64,000 nucleotides of DNA from Octopus vulgaris (lineage: Eukaryota): positions 73,470,001-73,534,000 of the forward strand of contig OX597816.1 of assembly GCA_951406725.2 (NCBI GenBank). The letters are read 5' to 3'. Position numbers and translations under genes: made by a program. The first letter of the stretch is position 1. Each line of letters begins with the position of its first letter. The notes beneath the pieces are model-generated. The model had not been told where the DNA came from. It ran no database searches and was given only the letters and a program-made list of their open reading frames with translations. Positions 1 through 14,062 of the stretch are shown here, in pieces.

Positions 1-270
1 TATAATTAAAAACATTCAAAAGACGGGTTCAGGTTATAAAAAGGAAGGCAGACAGACAAACACATAGATAGATAGATATGTAGATAGATAGATATATAGA
101 TAGAAATACAGATAGATAGTTAGATAGATAGATACATACATACTGTCGATTTATACATGCAAGATCATGTACCAGATTTATTAGAATCTGGATGAACTCA
201 ATATATAGATATATGAAGACCCAACTACTTCATAAATAAATGTGCGAATGTAAGTATCTATGTCTGTACG

Positions 271-308
<38 letters not shown>

Positions 309-650
309 TACATACACACATACACACACACACACACATGTGTGTATGATAGCTTCTAGTACGTGTATAAATATGCGGGTAACAAATAAACGGATGCATG
401 CATGGCTGTGTATCATCTATATATACTTGTATTATATATATGTGTGTATATGTGGATGTGTGCCTATGTGTATGTATCTTTGGATTTGCTAGTGTGTGTG
501 TGAGAGAGAGGGGGAGATAGAGCGGGAGAGAGAGAGAGAGAGATACGGCTTGTATGCAGAGCAGAACGTGATAAGCTTTTATCTTCACCATGCGACATTC
601 TTTTACATCTGTCTATATATACATTTACACATACATACGTTATACATATG

Positions 651-722
<72 letters not shown>

Positions 723-1130
723 CATGCGTCTAGCTGCCTTCGTTATTTTATACATATACACACACAGATACATACGGGTGAGTGTATGCATATATAATAT
801 ATAGCCGTCGCCACCGATTCTTAAACACTTGGTATTATTAAATTCATCTGATCCGCCACTTACTTCTAATCCACACCTGATCAAGCTAACTTAATAAACC
901 AGACAAACAGATTGGTGTGTTTTCCTTAACGCTTTCTTCTAGTTTGATGTTTCGCCGCTAACTCCCAATATATACATTGTCATTGACTATATCAGTTTGT
1001 CGCCGCGCACTTTATTTTTATTCTATATATTCACTCGCATACCTACAACAGATGCTCAAAGACCAAAGCGCTTATAACACCACACATACGTGCATGCATG
1101 CATACACGCACACACGCTTATGTATGTATG

Positions 1131-1184
<54 letters not shown>

Positions 1185-1321
1185 CATATACATGTACATA
1201 GGAACCGATATCGTTGTATATATATAACATATATGTATATATATATAATATATATATATATATATACATACATATATATATGTATATACATATATATACA
1301 TATATACATATATATATATAC

Positions 1322-1354
<33 letters not shown>

Positions 1355-1373
1355 CATACATACATACATACGT

Positions 1374-1442
<69 letters not shown>

Positions 1443-1767
1443 TGCGCATGGCTCAGTGGTTAGAGCGTCGAGCTTACGATCGTGAGGTTGTGAGCTCCAA
1501 TCCCGGACCGGGCTGCGTGTTGTGTTCTCGAACAAGGCACTTTATTTCACATTGCTTCAGTTCACTCAGCTGTAGAAATGAGTTGCGACGTCACTGATGC
1601 CAAGCTGTATCGACCTTTGTCTTTCCCTTGGATAACACTGGTGGCTGGTGTGCATGGGCGACTGCTGGCCTTCCATAAACAACCTTGCCCGGACTTGTAT
1701 CTAGGAGGGTAACTTTCTAGGTGCAATCCCATGGTCATTCATGACCGAAGGGGGTCTTTACCCCTTT
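1443..1767 (+). mobile_element. tRNA(Arg)-derived SINE, family A (octopus OR-type), full length
   Basis: Head TGGCTCAGTGGTTAGAGC (A box), TT-ACG-AT anticodon-like loop, degenerate B box GCTCCAATCC. Body and tail ...CATGACCGAAGGGGGTC shared with copies at 5292, 34915 and 60261. Confidence 0.9.
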
Positions 1768-1842
1768 ATATATATATATGTATATGTATGTATATATATA
1801 TATGTATATGTATGTGTATGTATATATATATATACATATATG

Positions 1843-2022
<180 letters not shown>

Positions 2023-2028
2023 CATATA

Positions 2029-2293
2029 CAATGGCCTAGTGGTTAGGGCAGCGGACTCGCGGTCGTAGGATCGCGGTTTCGATTCCCAGACCGGGCGTTG
2101 TGAGTGTTTATTGAGCGAAAACACCTAAAAAAAGCTCCACGAGGCTCCGGCAGGGGGTGGTGATCCCTGCTGTACTCTTTCGCCACTCTTTCTCCCACTC
2201 TTTCTTCTGTTGGCCAGCTCGCTTAGCCAGCGGGGTGGCGTCATTCGAAGGCTAAAACAATGCGAACGCATTGTGACCAGCGATGGTGATGGA
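2029..2293 (+). mobile_element. tRNA-derived SINE, family D
   Basis: TGGCCTAGTGGTTAGGGCAGC head and GTTTCGATTCC B box; close copy at 47417-47610. Confidence 0.85.
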
Positions 2294-2448
2294 CATATAT
2301 ACATACATATATGTGTATATATATATACATACATATATATATACATACATATATATATACATACATTTATATATACATATATATATACGTACACACATAT
2401 ATATATTTATATTTATATATATACATACATATATATATATATACATAC

Positions 2449-2542
<94 letters not shown>

Positions 2543-4671
2543 CCATATACATGTACATAGGAATCAATATCGTTGTGTATATATATATATACACCCACAC
2601 ACACATGCACAGACACACACAAGCATACAACATGCACACACAAATCTATATATTCTCACGTATATGTACACAGGCGCTGTTATGTATTCCACTGATAAGG
2701 CCATTCATCAACAATATTAAATATACATACATATCCAGCATGGCCGCAGTCAAATAACTGAGACAAGTAAAAGAAAAAAAGCGTAAATACATACTCTCAC
2801 ATTATACGTATGTATATATCTTGCTTATATTTTTGCCAGGAAGAATGTTCTCCTGAATCTATAGTAGAAACATCACAACTGCCCTGAAGGATATCTTCAC
2901 TATTGGTGAACAGGAGATATTTTTACGTATGTAATATAAACAAAAGAGTTAGACACGTCTCTAAACGTCCATGTGATACAAGATATTGACGAGTCATATC
3001 AGGGACGAAGTATTTTCCCTCACATTAGCAGCTGCGAACGAAATATATCATGTAGTGCTGTAGGGGTGAGATGCTCAACCAATATTTTGTGAAAACTTGC
3101 AGGAAAGGTGAACACCTATGGTGAACCAATTTCAAACTTACAGCTTTTGTATATATTTTGATACGGACTTATTAATATTGAGGTGATGATGATGAAGAGG
3201 AGGAAATGAGAATAAGTAGAGGTGGCGGTGAGAACAAGGAGGAGAAAGGAAGGGAGTGGTGGTGATGGTGGTGGTGCGACTTGTTTTCTATTCTTATTCA
3301 TCATCACTACCATCATCACTATCATCATCATTGCCATTCACATCATCATCATTATCATGAGAATAACTGCAGGACGTCAACATTTTGTGGGCAGTTTGCA
3401 CTGTTCACGGGAGTAACTAGAGACAGTTTGAATATACTCAACCAACTTTCTCGAATAATCACACTGCCGGCTCTTACTAGCATCACTTTCTGAATACCTC
3501 TTCCTTCCACTGACTATATTCCTCTATCTTTGTCTCTTCTTTTCTTTATTACTCAGTTCTCTCTCTCTCTCTCTCTCTCCTCCCTTTATCCTATTCTTCC
3601 TTGTAATTCTTAATTTTATTCTTAGTTGTTGTTCTTGTTTGTGCTAGGCTTTATTGTTGAAATTGTTTCATCAATGTTAAGTTGCTGTTACTAGCGTTGT
3701 TGTTGAAAACAAAGAAAAACAAACATATGTTAAACTATAAAATAAATAATAAATTAAACAACGCAAAAAGACACGCACAAAAATACCAACCTACAAGAAA
3801 AACAAAAATAACAGCGGAAAGTTCAAAATTCAAAATGGCTACCGAAAGGTATCGAATGACTTAAGTAATGGCTGGCTTGGTTTAGTATGAGAAGTACAGG
3901 AAGCTGTTGAGATTGATGATTAGACGGCAACTTGAGAGCATCGCTTGTAGCTTAATTCGCAAACACGGCTGACGGCGCAGTACATTGGGAAGAGAGGGAA
4001 GTTGTTTTCCGGCGGAGGTGACAACCAAAATATAAACAGTTCTATCTCATAAATATGAGAGAAGGAATTAGGAAAAGCAAGCAAGACGTAAGGGGGGGGG
4101 AGTCTTACAAGTTAAAGAAACAAAGTAAAACAATGTAAAGCTAACAAACAATCAAAGGAAGGCTAAAGTGAGGGAGGAAATGTTGTAATAAGGGAAAATC
4201 TGAAACGTTAAATGAGAAAAGAAGAGAAAATGAAAGCGTGATATTAAGGAAGCATTTTGGAGTAAAACGTTCGAACGCTAAAAGTTAAGGCATAAGATTT
4301 TCTGTCAATGATCGTGTGTGTGCATGTGTGTGTTGGCTGGGGGTGGGGGGGTATATGCGAATGTGTTTGTATAAGTGAGTTTAAGGAGGTGGATAGGCAA
4401 AATGGCCACAGCATCGTATATAATGCTCTGCTGTATTCATTCTCGTTCTTTGGTGTTTGAATTTAAATAGTGTCAAGGTAACTTGTTTCTCTTTCCTTCA
4501 GGACCGATAAATGAAGTACCACTTAAGTATTAGAGCCGGTTTTCTCTCTCTCTCTCTTTCTCTCCATCTCTCTTTCTCTCTCTCTCTCTTTCTCTCTTTC
4601 GACAGTACCTCTATTTGAAAGCAACCAGTCTTATTACACATTGTCATTTTAATACCAATTTATTGGTATCA

Positions 4672-4866
4672 GATTCTGGCACAAGGCCAGTAAGTTCAAG
4701 GCACGAGTTATCTTTGATTACATAGACCAGTGCCTAACTGGTACATATTTTAATGAACCCAAAAGGATGAAAGACCTCGGCGGAATTTGAACTCAGAACG
4801 TAAAGACGGACGAAATGCCGCTAAGCATTGCCCGACTAGCTAATGATTCTGTCAGCTCGCCGCCTT
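4672..4866 (-). mobile_element. SINE family C (GGCGGCGAGCTGGCAGAA head)
   Basis: Reverse complement matches the copies at 20409 and 32671 (GTTCTGAGTTCAAATTCCGCCGAGGTC). Confidence 0.8.
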
Positions 4867-5291
4867 CAGACTGATTATTTATTATATTTAAAAAATTATT
4901 CGTATCTCTGGAATACTCAGCCACTTACAAGTTAATCTCCTGTGTAGAAATTGAACCGGTCAAATAAACCAATGCGTATCACCTTGACCGACAGAAATTA
5001 TATACCACAGTTGAATGTGTGTGTAATAAACAACATACCACCCTTGTTTATGTTACTGAGTACCAGGCCAGTTTTCTTTCCTTTTTGTCTAAGTTCACCG
5101 CATGTCATCTAAAAACCTGCGACGTACCACTGCATCACTGTTGATAAGCGAGTTACAGGTTCGATATCGTTCCGCTAATCAAGGAAGATCATATATCGAT
5201 AGATAAAGTGGCAGTGAAAGATCAGTAATATGAAAATTACGATGGTCAACCCTTGTTGTTGATATTTTTGTTTAATCCGAGTTTAAAACGA

Positions 5292-5623
5292 GTAAAGACC
5301 CCCTTCGGTCATGAATGACCATGGGATTGCACCTAGAAAGTAACCTCCCGAGGCATGAGTCCGAGCAAGGTTGTTTATGGAAGACCAGCAGATGCCCGTG
5401 CATGCCAGCCTCCCCTCTCCATGCCACTGATGCTATCCAAGGGAAAGGCAAAGGCAGACACAGCTTGGCACCAGTGACGTTGTAACTCGTTTCTACAGCA
5501 AAGTGAACTGAGAGCAGCGTGAAATAAGGTGTTTTTCCTCAAGAACACAACAAATAGTCCGGTCCAGGAATCGAACTCACTTCCTCATGATTGTAAGCCC
5601 GATGCTCTAAACACTGAGCCACG
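5292..5623 (-). mobile_element. SINE family A
   Basis: Reverse complement of the 1443-1767 family. Confidence 0.9.
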
Positions 5624-6559
5624 GTGAAATCAAGCAGGACTATAGCCGACTATGGCGTTCTATCTGCAACATCCTTGTCTTTATCTTTGTGTATTTAAGG
5701 TACGGGGTGTCTAGAATTATATTTTCCAGTATATCCTTCCTTTTAAATAAATATGTTTAAAGTGAAATTTGAAATGTATTTCGTTGTTATTTCTAGCAAA
5801 TCGAACGACCACTTAGAATGTCTCTCGTGGACTCAGCTTTTTTTCTCAAGTGGTATTTGCGACCTATGAACTTCCGACATAACGGAAAATTTGAATTGTG
5901 CATTTAAAAAGTCTTTTTTTTTCCTGTTGATCAACGAATACTCACAACCAAGAAATTCTTTCTCATCCAGGACAATAGATGATAACCTAAAGTTCGTTTA
6001 TTCCTAATCACTGCTTGGCGCTGATAGTGCTTTATTTTTAGTGAGGAGTCGAACATGAATCCAGTTTTCTTGCTTCTGTTGTGTTAAGCTGTGTGTACGT
6101 TTGTATGACAAATAACATTCAGTTAAAGTTTAGGTGACAAGCTTTTATATAACTCTGCTTTTACAAATAGTACATGTGAAATAGTAAAAGGTGTACAAAC
6201 CTGGTTGTTTCATAGCTAGTGCAAATTAGTTGGTCGGTAGTTGGTTGGAGAATAAGTCAATTGGCATTAATGGTTAAAGGCTCATGTTATGTGATTCGTG
6301 CAGGAGCAGAAGAGAGTAAGGAACGCACCAGCTACATAATGAGATAGCTGTAATGGTTAAGAGCAAAGTGAGCCAACCGCTCCAGGAGTCAAGAACTCAG
6401 TCCAGTGAGAGCCATGCCAAATAAGATTAGAGTCACTAAATGTCCGTCTAGAGTTTATATATCTTTCCAGCGGAAATGCCAAGTCGCAAAGACTGCTGGG
6501 AGTACAATACCACCAAAGCGCCAACTACCGACAACAGAATGCGGAGACGTAACTTTATT

Positions 6560-6764
6560 CTGTTCCTTTTATTATTATTTAGCCGTTTTTTCCGTCCTCG
6601 TGTACAACAGCCGAAACTGCAAAGATAATCTGGAACTCGACTGACGAAAGAAAACTCCGTATGATCCGTCCTTGTTTTTTTATGTCCCTTTTTGTATCAT
6701 CCAACTGTCTGGATGGATGTTTTGTTGTTGCCTGTTGCGTTCTTGTCCCATTTTTTGTATTCTT
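6560..6764 (+). mobile_element. PLE-like terminal-repeat module ending in (TA)n
   Basis: Homologous to the reverse complement of 22919-23205 (CGAAA(C/T)TGC...GACTGA(C/A)GA...GA(T/C)CCGTCC...GCGTTCTTGTCCCATTTT), followed by a TA run. PLE assignment is inferred from architecture. Confidence 0.55.
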
Positions 6765-6800
6765 ATATATATGTATATATATAGATATATATATGTATGT

Positions 6801-7043
6801 GGAGGCGCGTGGCTTAGTGGTTAGTGTGTCATGATCGTAAGATTGTCGTTTCGATTCCTGGACCGGGCAACGTCTTGTGTTCTTCAGCAAAACACTTCAT
6901 TTCACGTTGCTCCAGTTCACTCAGCTGGCAAAAATGAGTAACGCTGTGATGGACTGGCGTCCCGTCCAGTTGGGGAACACATACGCCATAGAAACCGGGA
7001 AACCGGGCCCATGAGCCTGGCTAGGCTTTAAAAAAACGCATTT
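6801..7043 (+). mobile_element. tRNA-derived SINE with V/Meta-like central domain
   Basis: GGCGCGTGGCTTAGTGG head, GTTTCGATTCC B box, and central CTGTGATGGACTGGCGTCCCGTCCAG resembling the conserved V/Meta SINE core. Confidence 0.7.
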
Positions 7044-7048
7044 ATTTT

Positions 7049-7088
<40 letters not shown>

Positions 7089-7090
<2 letters not shown>

Positions 7091-7660
7091 GACGGGTTTC
7101 TTTCAGTTTCCGCCTACTAAATCCTCTCACAAAGATTTGGTCGGCCCGAGGCTATAGCAGAAGTCACTTGCCGAAGGTGCCACGCTGTGGGACTGAATCC
7201 GGAACTACGTGGTTGGGAAGTAAGCTTCTTACCACACAGCCACGCGGCACCTTTGTTAAATATTATATAATATATTATATATATATATAATTTATTTTTA
7301 GTTGTTTTAGTCTCTAAACTCTGGCCTCGAAAAATTTAGTCAAACAAATCGAATGTAGTTCTTTTTTTTTTAATCCAGTACTTATTCTATCACTCACTTT
7401 TTGCTGAACCACTAGACCATTGGGACGTAAACAAACCAACACCGGTTGTCAAGCGGGACGGGTTTAATAACACAAACACACATACACACATATACATATA
7501 TACACACACATACATATGTACATCTATCAAATCCACTCACGAGGCTTTGGTCAGCCCAAGGCTATAGTAAAAGACACTTGTCCAAGGTGCCACGCGGTGG
7601 GACTGAAAGCAAGACCACATGGTTAGGAAGCAAACTCTTTAACCATACACCCACGGCTAT
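7089..7660 (-). mobile_element. Two adjacent SINE family B pieces
   Basis: Reverse-complement similarity to the full copy at 46861-47262; head-side pieces end near 7248 and 7660. Confidence 0.75.
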
Positions 7661-7750
7661 TGATAAGACACTGACAACACGCTGTTTATCCCCACCTTTT
7701 GCCTGCCAACAGTCCCTCCCATAGCTACGTTGTATTTTTCTTCTTTCTTC

Positions 7751-7816
<66 letters not shown>

Positions 7817-8185
7817 TTCTCTCTCATCATGAGGTTCATGACCTGACACACTGGACACTCGAAAGCGACCAGTTATGATAGCTTCTTGCTTCTTAATCCT
7901 TAACACTACAGAAATAAATTTCCGCGCAGACATTCGGAATATATTTTGACAGGCAATGATTTATAACTGCAGACGTTTGGAAAACGTCTGAAAGAAAGCC
8001 TCTGGCCACGCCCTCTCCCTGCCCCGATTTTCTCCCAAAACAACAAGCGGAACAACATTACTCTTTAGCAATATAATAATCAGTAGACTTATTATACTAC
8101 TTTCAGCCATGTATCCTTCCACCGTATTACAATACACTGCAATAACACAACCGCATCAATGATCATACTATTATTATTATTCGTA

Positions 8186-8280
<95 letters not shown>

Positions 8281-8468
8281 TTCTCTCTCTCTCTCTCTTT
8301 CTTTCTCTCTCTCACTCTCTCTAAAAATGCCACGCCGTATATCGATAAAGAGATGTGCCTATTATCAAACTATTTTCATGCTAAATAATACGACTGAACT
8401 TATTCATTAAGGGGTCTCTATACGGTTGCTTGTAGCTGCTAGATATAACAACTAAATCTCCGTCATTT

Positions 8469-8540
<72 letters not shown>

Positions 8541-9079
8541 ACACCACACACACACACACACACATACGTATTTGATCTTATATGACGGAGGCACTAGATA
8601 TTGTAGATCTATACGCTCAGGCAATTTTCTGTGGTTAAGAAGATCGATTCGCAATCACGTGGTTCCGAGTTCAATGCCAGAATCTGAGAGATCCGGTAAT
8701 TTTTTATTTTTATTTTTATTTTCACTCGAACCAGGGGTTGACTGGTGCCTTATTAGTGAAATTTGGTAGAGGAAAACGACTGTCTTGTGAAATCCTAGCA
8801 AGTCTTCCCTCTGCATACCACTGATGATGTCCGGATGAAAAATCAATACAGTTTAGCACCAGAACCGTCGCAGGTGTTAGCGGCAGAATGCAAAACGTCA
8901 GACCAGACAAGATACTGCAAGATTTCATATCTGACGCCCACCAGTTTCTCTCATTTTTTTTAGTCCTCCATAAATATTTTCTCTTTCTCTTTCTCTCTCT
9001 CTTTCCTTCTTGCTTCCTGTCTCTCTCTCCTTCTTCCCTTCCTTTGTCTCTCTATGCACACACACACACACATACATAC

Positions 9080-9114
<35 letters not shown>

Positions 9115-9138
9115 TGTATGTATGTATGTATGTATGTA

Positions 9139-9290
9139 TAGAGTGTTAGGTGTGATGTACAGAATTGAATATTGAGAAAAAGTCGTCAGAATTTTGGAAA
9201 AAATATCCTTTTATTTCTTCATTATTATGACCCGAGTTTCTGGGTATTGACGCGTCATCAGCGTATGACAACCACCGGTTGGCGATTATC
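9139..9290 (-). mobile_element. PLE-like module with degenerate hammerhead core
   Basis: Minus strand 9229-9261 reads CTGATGA-cgcgtcaataccca-GAAA-CTCGGG-TC. Flanked by TA/TATG runs; stems I and II are decayed. Confidence 0.45.
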
Positions 9291-9296
9291 TATATA

Positions 9297-9471
9297 GTTA
9301 ATCCAAAAACGACGAAAAAACACAAGAAAAAACAACGCGAGGACGTGCTACATGCAAAATATTAAAAAACGCTCAGGGAAGGAAAGCAAGGCTGTTTAAC
9401 GTTTCGTGCAAAGCTTTTCTTCATAAACAGGAGACAGAGGAAAGTCCAGGAGAAAAGGAAGACGGAAAAAA
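9297..9471 (-). mobile_element. Penelope-type pseudo-LTR module with degenerate hammerhead
   Basis: Homologous to 62121-62317. Minus strand 9392-9430 reads CTGTTT-ATGAAGA-A-AAGCTTTGCAC-GAAA-CG-TT-AAACAG. Confidence 0.7.
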
Positions 9472-10673
9472 ATTTCTAGGTGCAATCCCATGGTCATTCA
9501 TGACCGAAGGGGGTCTTTACTCGTTTTAAACTCGGATTAAACAAAAAGCAGAAATATATTCGTCACTAAAGTGAATAAGTGCACTAATCAGTACTAGTAT
9601 TGCTAGAAATAAGAGTCAAAACAACTCAATAGCCACAAAAAGTACTATCTTAATGAGCTGACAAGGGAGACAAACCTGCTACGGTCGCAGGTAGAGCTAC
9701 ATCACTGATTATTTCGCATTCTGATGCTTAACGTATCTTAATCCTTATCAGCAGCTCTCACCGCGCCTAGGGTTAAACTCGTCTCGGCTTCTCAACTTAT
9801 GAGATTTCCATTGAAATTATATGCGAATTATCAGAATTAGTTCAAAGTAGCAACCTTTACCTTATATGTATAGCAGATGCATCGTTGAAAGACTTATAAA
9901 CTGTGAGATTCGTCTCGAGAAAGTATCTCGTTTAGAGGGCTCGTCTCAAAAACGCAGAAATATTGCAACAGCAGACGAAGGTTGTCTAGTACTGATAATG
10001 GTATTGCAAAAGATATTTCTACCTCTTCTCCAGCACCAAGAATCCACTGACTTTTGAATGCTAAAACAAAATCGGTCAGGACCAATATTATAAAAGTTAT
10101 TCTCTCGTAGACGATTGTTAGTTCCAGCCACTCATAATACCAAATATTATTCAATAACTCTATTCAATATCTTTTTTAATGTAATTCCCTTGCAGAATCA
10201 ATTGTGAAAGAGGTATTCTATCCGATAGGCTTCAATACAGTCTCCATCAACAGAATTTTACTCAAACGTCTTAGATTAACTTCAGGTAAAGCTTAAATAT
10301 TTTTTTTAATGATGTCGAGCAGTGGGAAGGAATGCCGGACGTTATTGCAGGGACGCGATCTTTCTAGCCATTGGATCACTCTTGCGTACATACCCTCGCA
10401 CGCATGCACACACAGACACACACACACACAAATACACACACACACATACACACACACAAACACACATAAGACCTGTATCAACAATTAATGTTTTTCTGTT
10501 ATTTATCACTTAACAATGCTAACACTGACATGCGTGCGTGTCTATGTGTGTGCATGTGTATGTGTGTGTGTGAGTGTGCGTGTGTGCTCATAGAATACAC
10601 AATCACACATACACGAATACGTATGCATTCACATAGAATTGAATAACACACATACACATATATGCCTCCGTAT

Positions 10674-10755
<82 letters not shown>

Positions 10756-11491
10756 GTACATATATTTATACATACATATATATGTATACATCGTATATGT
10801 TATTTAATATATATATATGTGAATGTATATACAGATATATACGTACATTACTTACATGCTCGTACTTAATACATAAATAAATATATACATATAAATGCAT
10901 ATTTATATATACACACATATCTTATGTTCGTGTGTGTGTGTGAAAAAATATATATATGTATATATATATATATTTATGTCTATGTATATATATGCATGCA
11001 TGTATGTATGTATGTATGGATGAATAGATGGATGTATATATGTGCGTATATGTTTGTCTTTACGCATATACACTCATGTACATAGACATCCACTCACACA
11101 CATCCACACACACACACATCCACACACACACACACACACACACACACATTCACCCAATACCACAAACACTGCCGAACAAGTCATTAACTTCGTTCTAATA
11201 GTCAGTTTGATAATTATATTCATAATACCCTTGCCTTAATTAATTAATCGTTCTCATTTTGCGGCCAATAACAATAAGTAATCACAGATATTACTATATT
11301 ACTTGGGTGCAACACTCGGGTGGCCGTGGCGAGTACAATGGAATTAGTATAATAGACTTAGATGTTTCCATTCATTCTGATATTTCAAATAGGACTTTCG
11401 TCATTCCGACTGGTAAAACTCGTTCAGCAGGCATTCACTGGTCAGGTATGAGGAGAAGATCGTGACAATCTGTGTATATACATATATATAC

Positions 11492-11543
<52 letters not shown>

Positions 11544-11743
11544 AAAATACAAGCATTCATAAAAATAACACAAGCATTACATACATACATGCATGTATAC
11601 ATACACACATACATACACACATACATATATACATATATATATGTATATATATATATATATGAGTGTGTGTGTGGGTATGTATATATATATATATATATAT
11701 ATAGGGGGGTGTATATGTATACATATATGCATATATATATAGT

Positions 11744-11789
<46 letters not shown>

Positions 11790-11953
11790 TCTATCTGTAT
11801 ATATATGAATGTATATGTATATATATGTGCTATGTATGCATATATATACGTATGTACATATATATAGAAGTATATATCTATTTATATCTACACACAAATA
11901 TTTATATATACACGGACATGCGCATACACACACATACACACACACAAACACAC

Positions 11954-12025
<72 letters not shown>

Positions 12026-12343
12026 CTCCAAACATACATATATGTGCATGTATATATGTCATCTGTGCTTTTTATTAATGCTTGTATTTCGTGCATGCAT
12101 GTATATTTATGTGTGTACGTATACATGTTTGTACATACGTACATGTATATAAATGTATGTGTATGCATATGTGTGTGTGTGCGCGAGCGTGTGGCTTGCG
12201 TGGTGTTTGTGCACGTGTATGTGCACGTTTGTGTGTGTCTAAAAATGCTCATATATAGAGACAGACAGACAGATAGACAGACAGATTATTTATTTATGTA
12301 TGTGTATATATGTATATATATGTATATATTCTTTTTCTTTTTT

Positions 12344-12542
12344 TTTTACTTGTTTCAGTCATTTGACTGCGGCCATGCTGGAGCACCTCCTTTAGTCGAG
12401 CAAATCGACCCCGGGACTTATTCTTTGTAAGCCCAGTACTTATTCTATCGGTCTCTTTTTGCCAAACCGCTAAGTTACGGGGACGTAAACACACCAGCGT
12501 CGGTTGTCAAGCAATGCTAGGAGGACAAACACAGACACACAA

Positions 12543-12581
<39 letters not shown>

Positions 12582-12715
12582 ACAGGCTTCTTTCAGTTTC
12601 CGTCTACCAAGTCCACTCACAAGGCATTGGTCGGCCTGGGGCTATAGCAGAAGGCACTTGCCCAAGATGCCATGCAGTGGGACTGAACCCGGAACCATGT
12701 GGTTGGTTAGCAAGT
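12344..12715 (-). mobile_element. SINE family B, nearly full length
   Basis: Close reverse-complement match to 46861-47262, including the internal (TA)n(TG)n. Confidence 0.9.
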
Positions 12716-12970
12716 TACATATATATCTGTGTGTTTGTTTGTTTGTGTGTGCGTGTGTGTGTTTAACTTGTAGAAAAAAAAAAACATTTAATATTAAACT
12801 GAAAGATCACTCAACAGATTTTAGAATCGTACATGTTTATTTTTAGAAGGAAATTGTTGCCAATCCCTTAACAGTTATGGGTTGATCACCCTTATCAGAC
12901 AGTCTTTCGGCGGTGAGCTGCCAAATCTTTGTTGTCTCTGCATATACATATACATCTATCTATATCTATC

Positions 12971-13047
<77 letters not shown>

Positions 13048-13049
13048 AC

Positions 13050-13120
<71 letters not shown>

Positions 13121-13204
13121 TATGTATGTATATATTTAACTTCCCCTCTCTCTCTCTCTTGCTCTCTCTACCTCACCCTTCTCTCTAGCCTGTGTCTTCC
13201 TCTA

Positions 13205-13263
<59 letters not shown>

Positions 13264-13269
13264 CCCCTC

Positions 13270-13838
13270 CTCACTTTCGTCACTGCTAAACCTTTCCGCC
13301 ATTTGCATTCAGGCCATAAGGTCATGTTTCCTCGCGCTCGCCAGTTACCCTCTCGTCCATGCCAGAACAAAGGCCTCCGTTCGTCTTTTTCGTTTGTTCT
13401 CTTGTTTATTTTTGATTTCTCGTATTGTAATTTAATTCTCGTTATGTATTTTCATGTACATGTATCTTTAATTTTGTATTTTTTTCTTGTATGTATTTTT
13501 TGTGCAGTTCCTTGTTACGTCTCTTTTTGTGTTACATTTTTTCTTGCTCGTTTACCCCTCTACGAGTTTATTTTATTTTAATTCTCTCGTAGGAAGGCTT
13601 AGATTGATCTTACGTGTTCTGTCTCTGCCTTCGAAACACGTGTCTGCTAGCGACAGCTGATGAAGGGGATTTTTCCTTGTGTAGCATGTCCTGTACTTCG
13701 TTTTTCTGCTGCACATAATTGTTTTTCCCGTTTTCGTTTAGGTTTCGTCTTGTTCCACGTCTCTGTCCTTCTGTTGTAACAAAATGTCTTCTCCGTTTTC
13801 GTTCTGTTGATTTTTTCGTCTTCTTGTGATGTCCTGTA
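13270..13838 (+). mobile_element. PLE-like 3' UTR / terminal-repeat fragment
   Basis: Preceded by (CT)n, T-rich, ends in (TA)n, like 43342-44060. Contains GAAA-CACGTG-TC and CTGATGAAGG hammerhead-like words at 13626-13670. Confidence 0.5.
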
Positions 13839-13930
13839 CGTATATATATATTTATATATGTATGTATATATACATGTAGATGTCGGTACGTACATATATG
13901 TTTGTATGTATGCATATATTTTATTTATTA

Positions 13931-13979
<49 letters not shown>

Positions 13980-14062
13980 CACGTGTGTGTGTATGTGTGT
14001 GCGTGCGTGTGTGTGTATATATAAGTATAGTTATATATCGGCTGGTACACACGCAGTATGTA

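Noticed and set aside
1443-1515. tRNA-like sequences (also at 2029, 32228, 47417, 60261)
   Set aside because: No complete acceptor stem or cloverleaf, and each continues into a repeat body: SINE heads, not tRNA genes.
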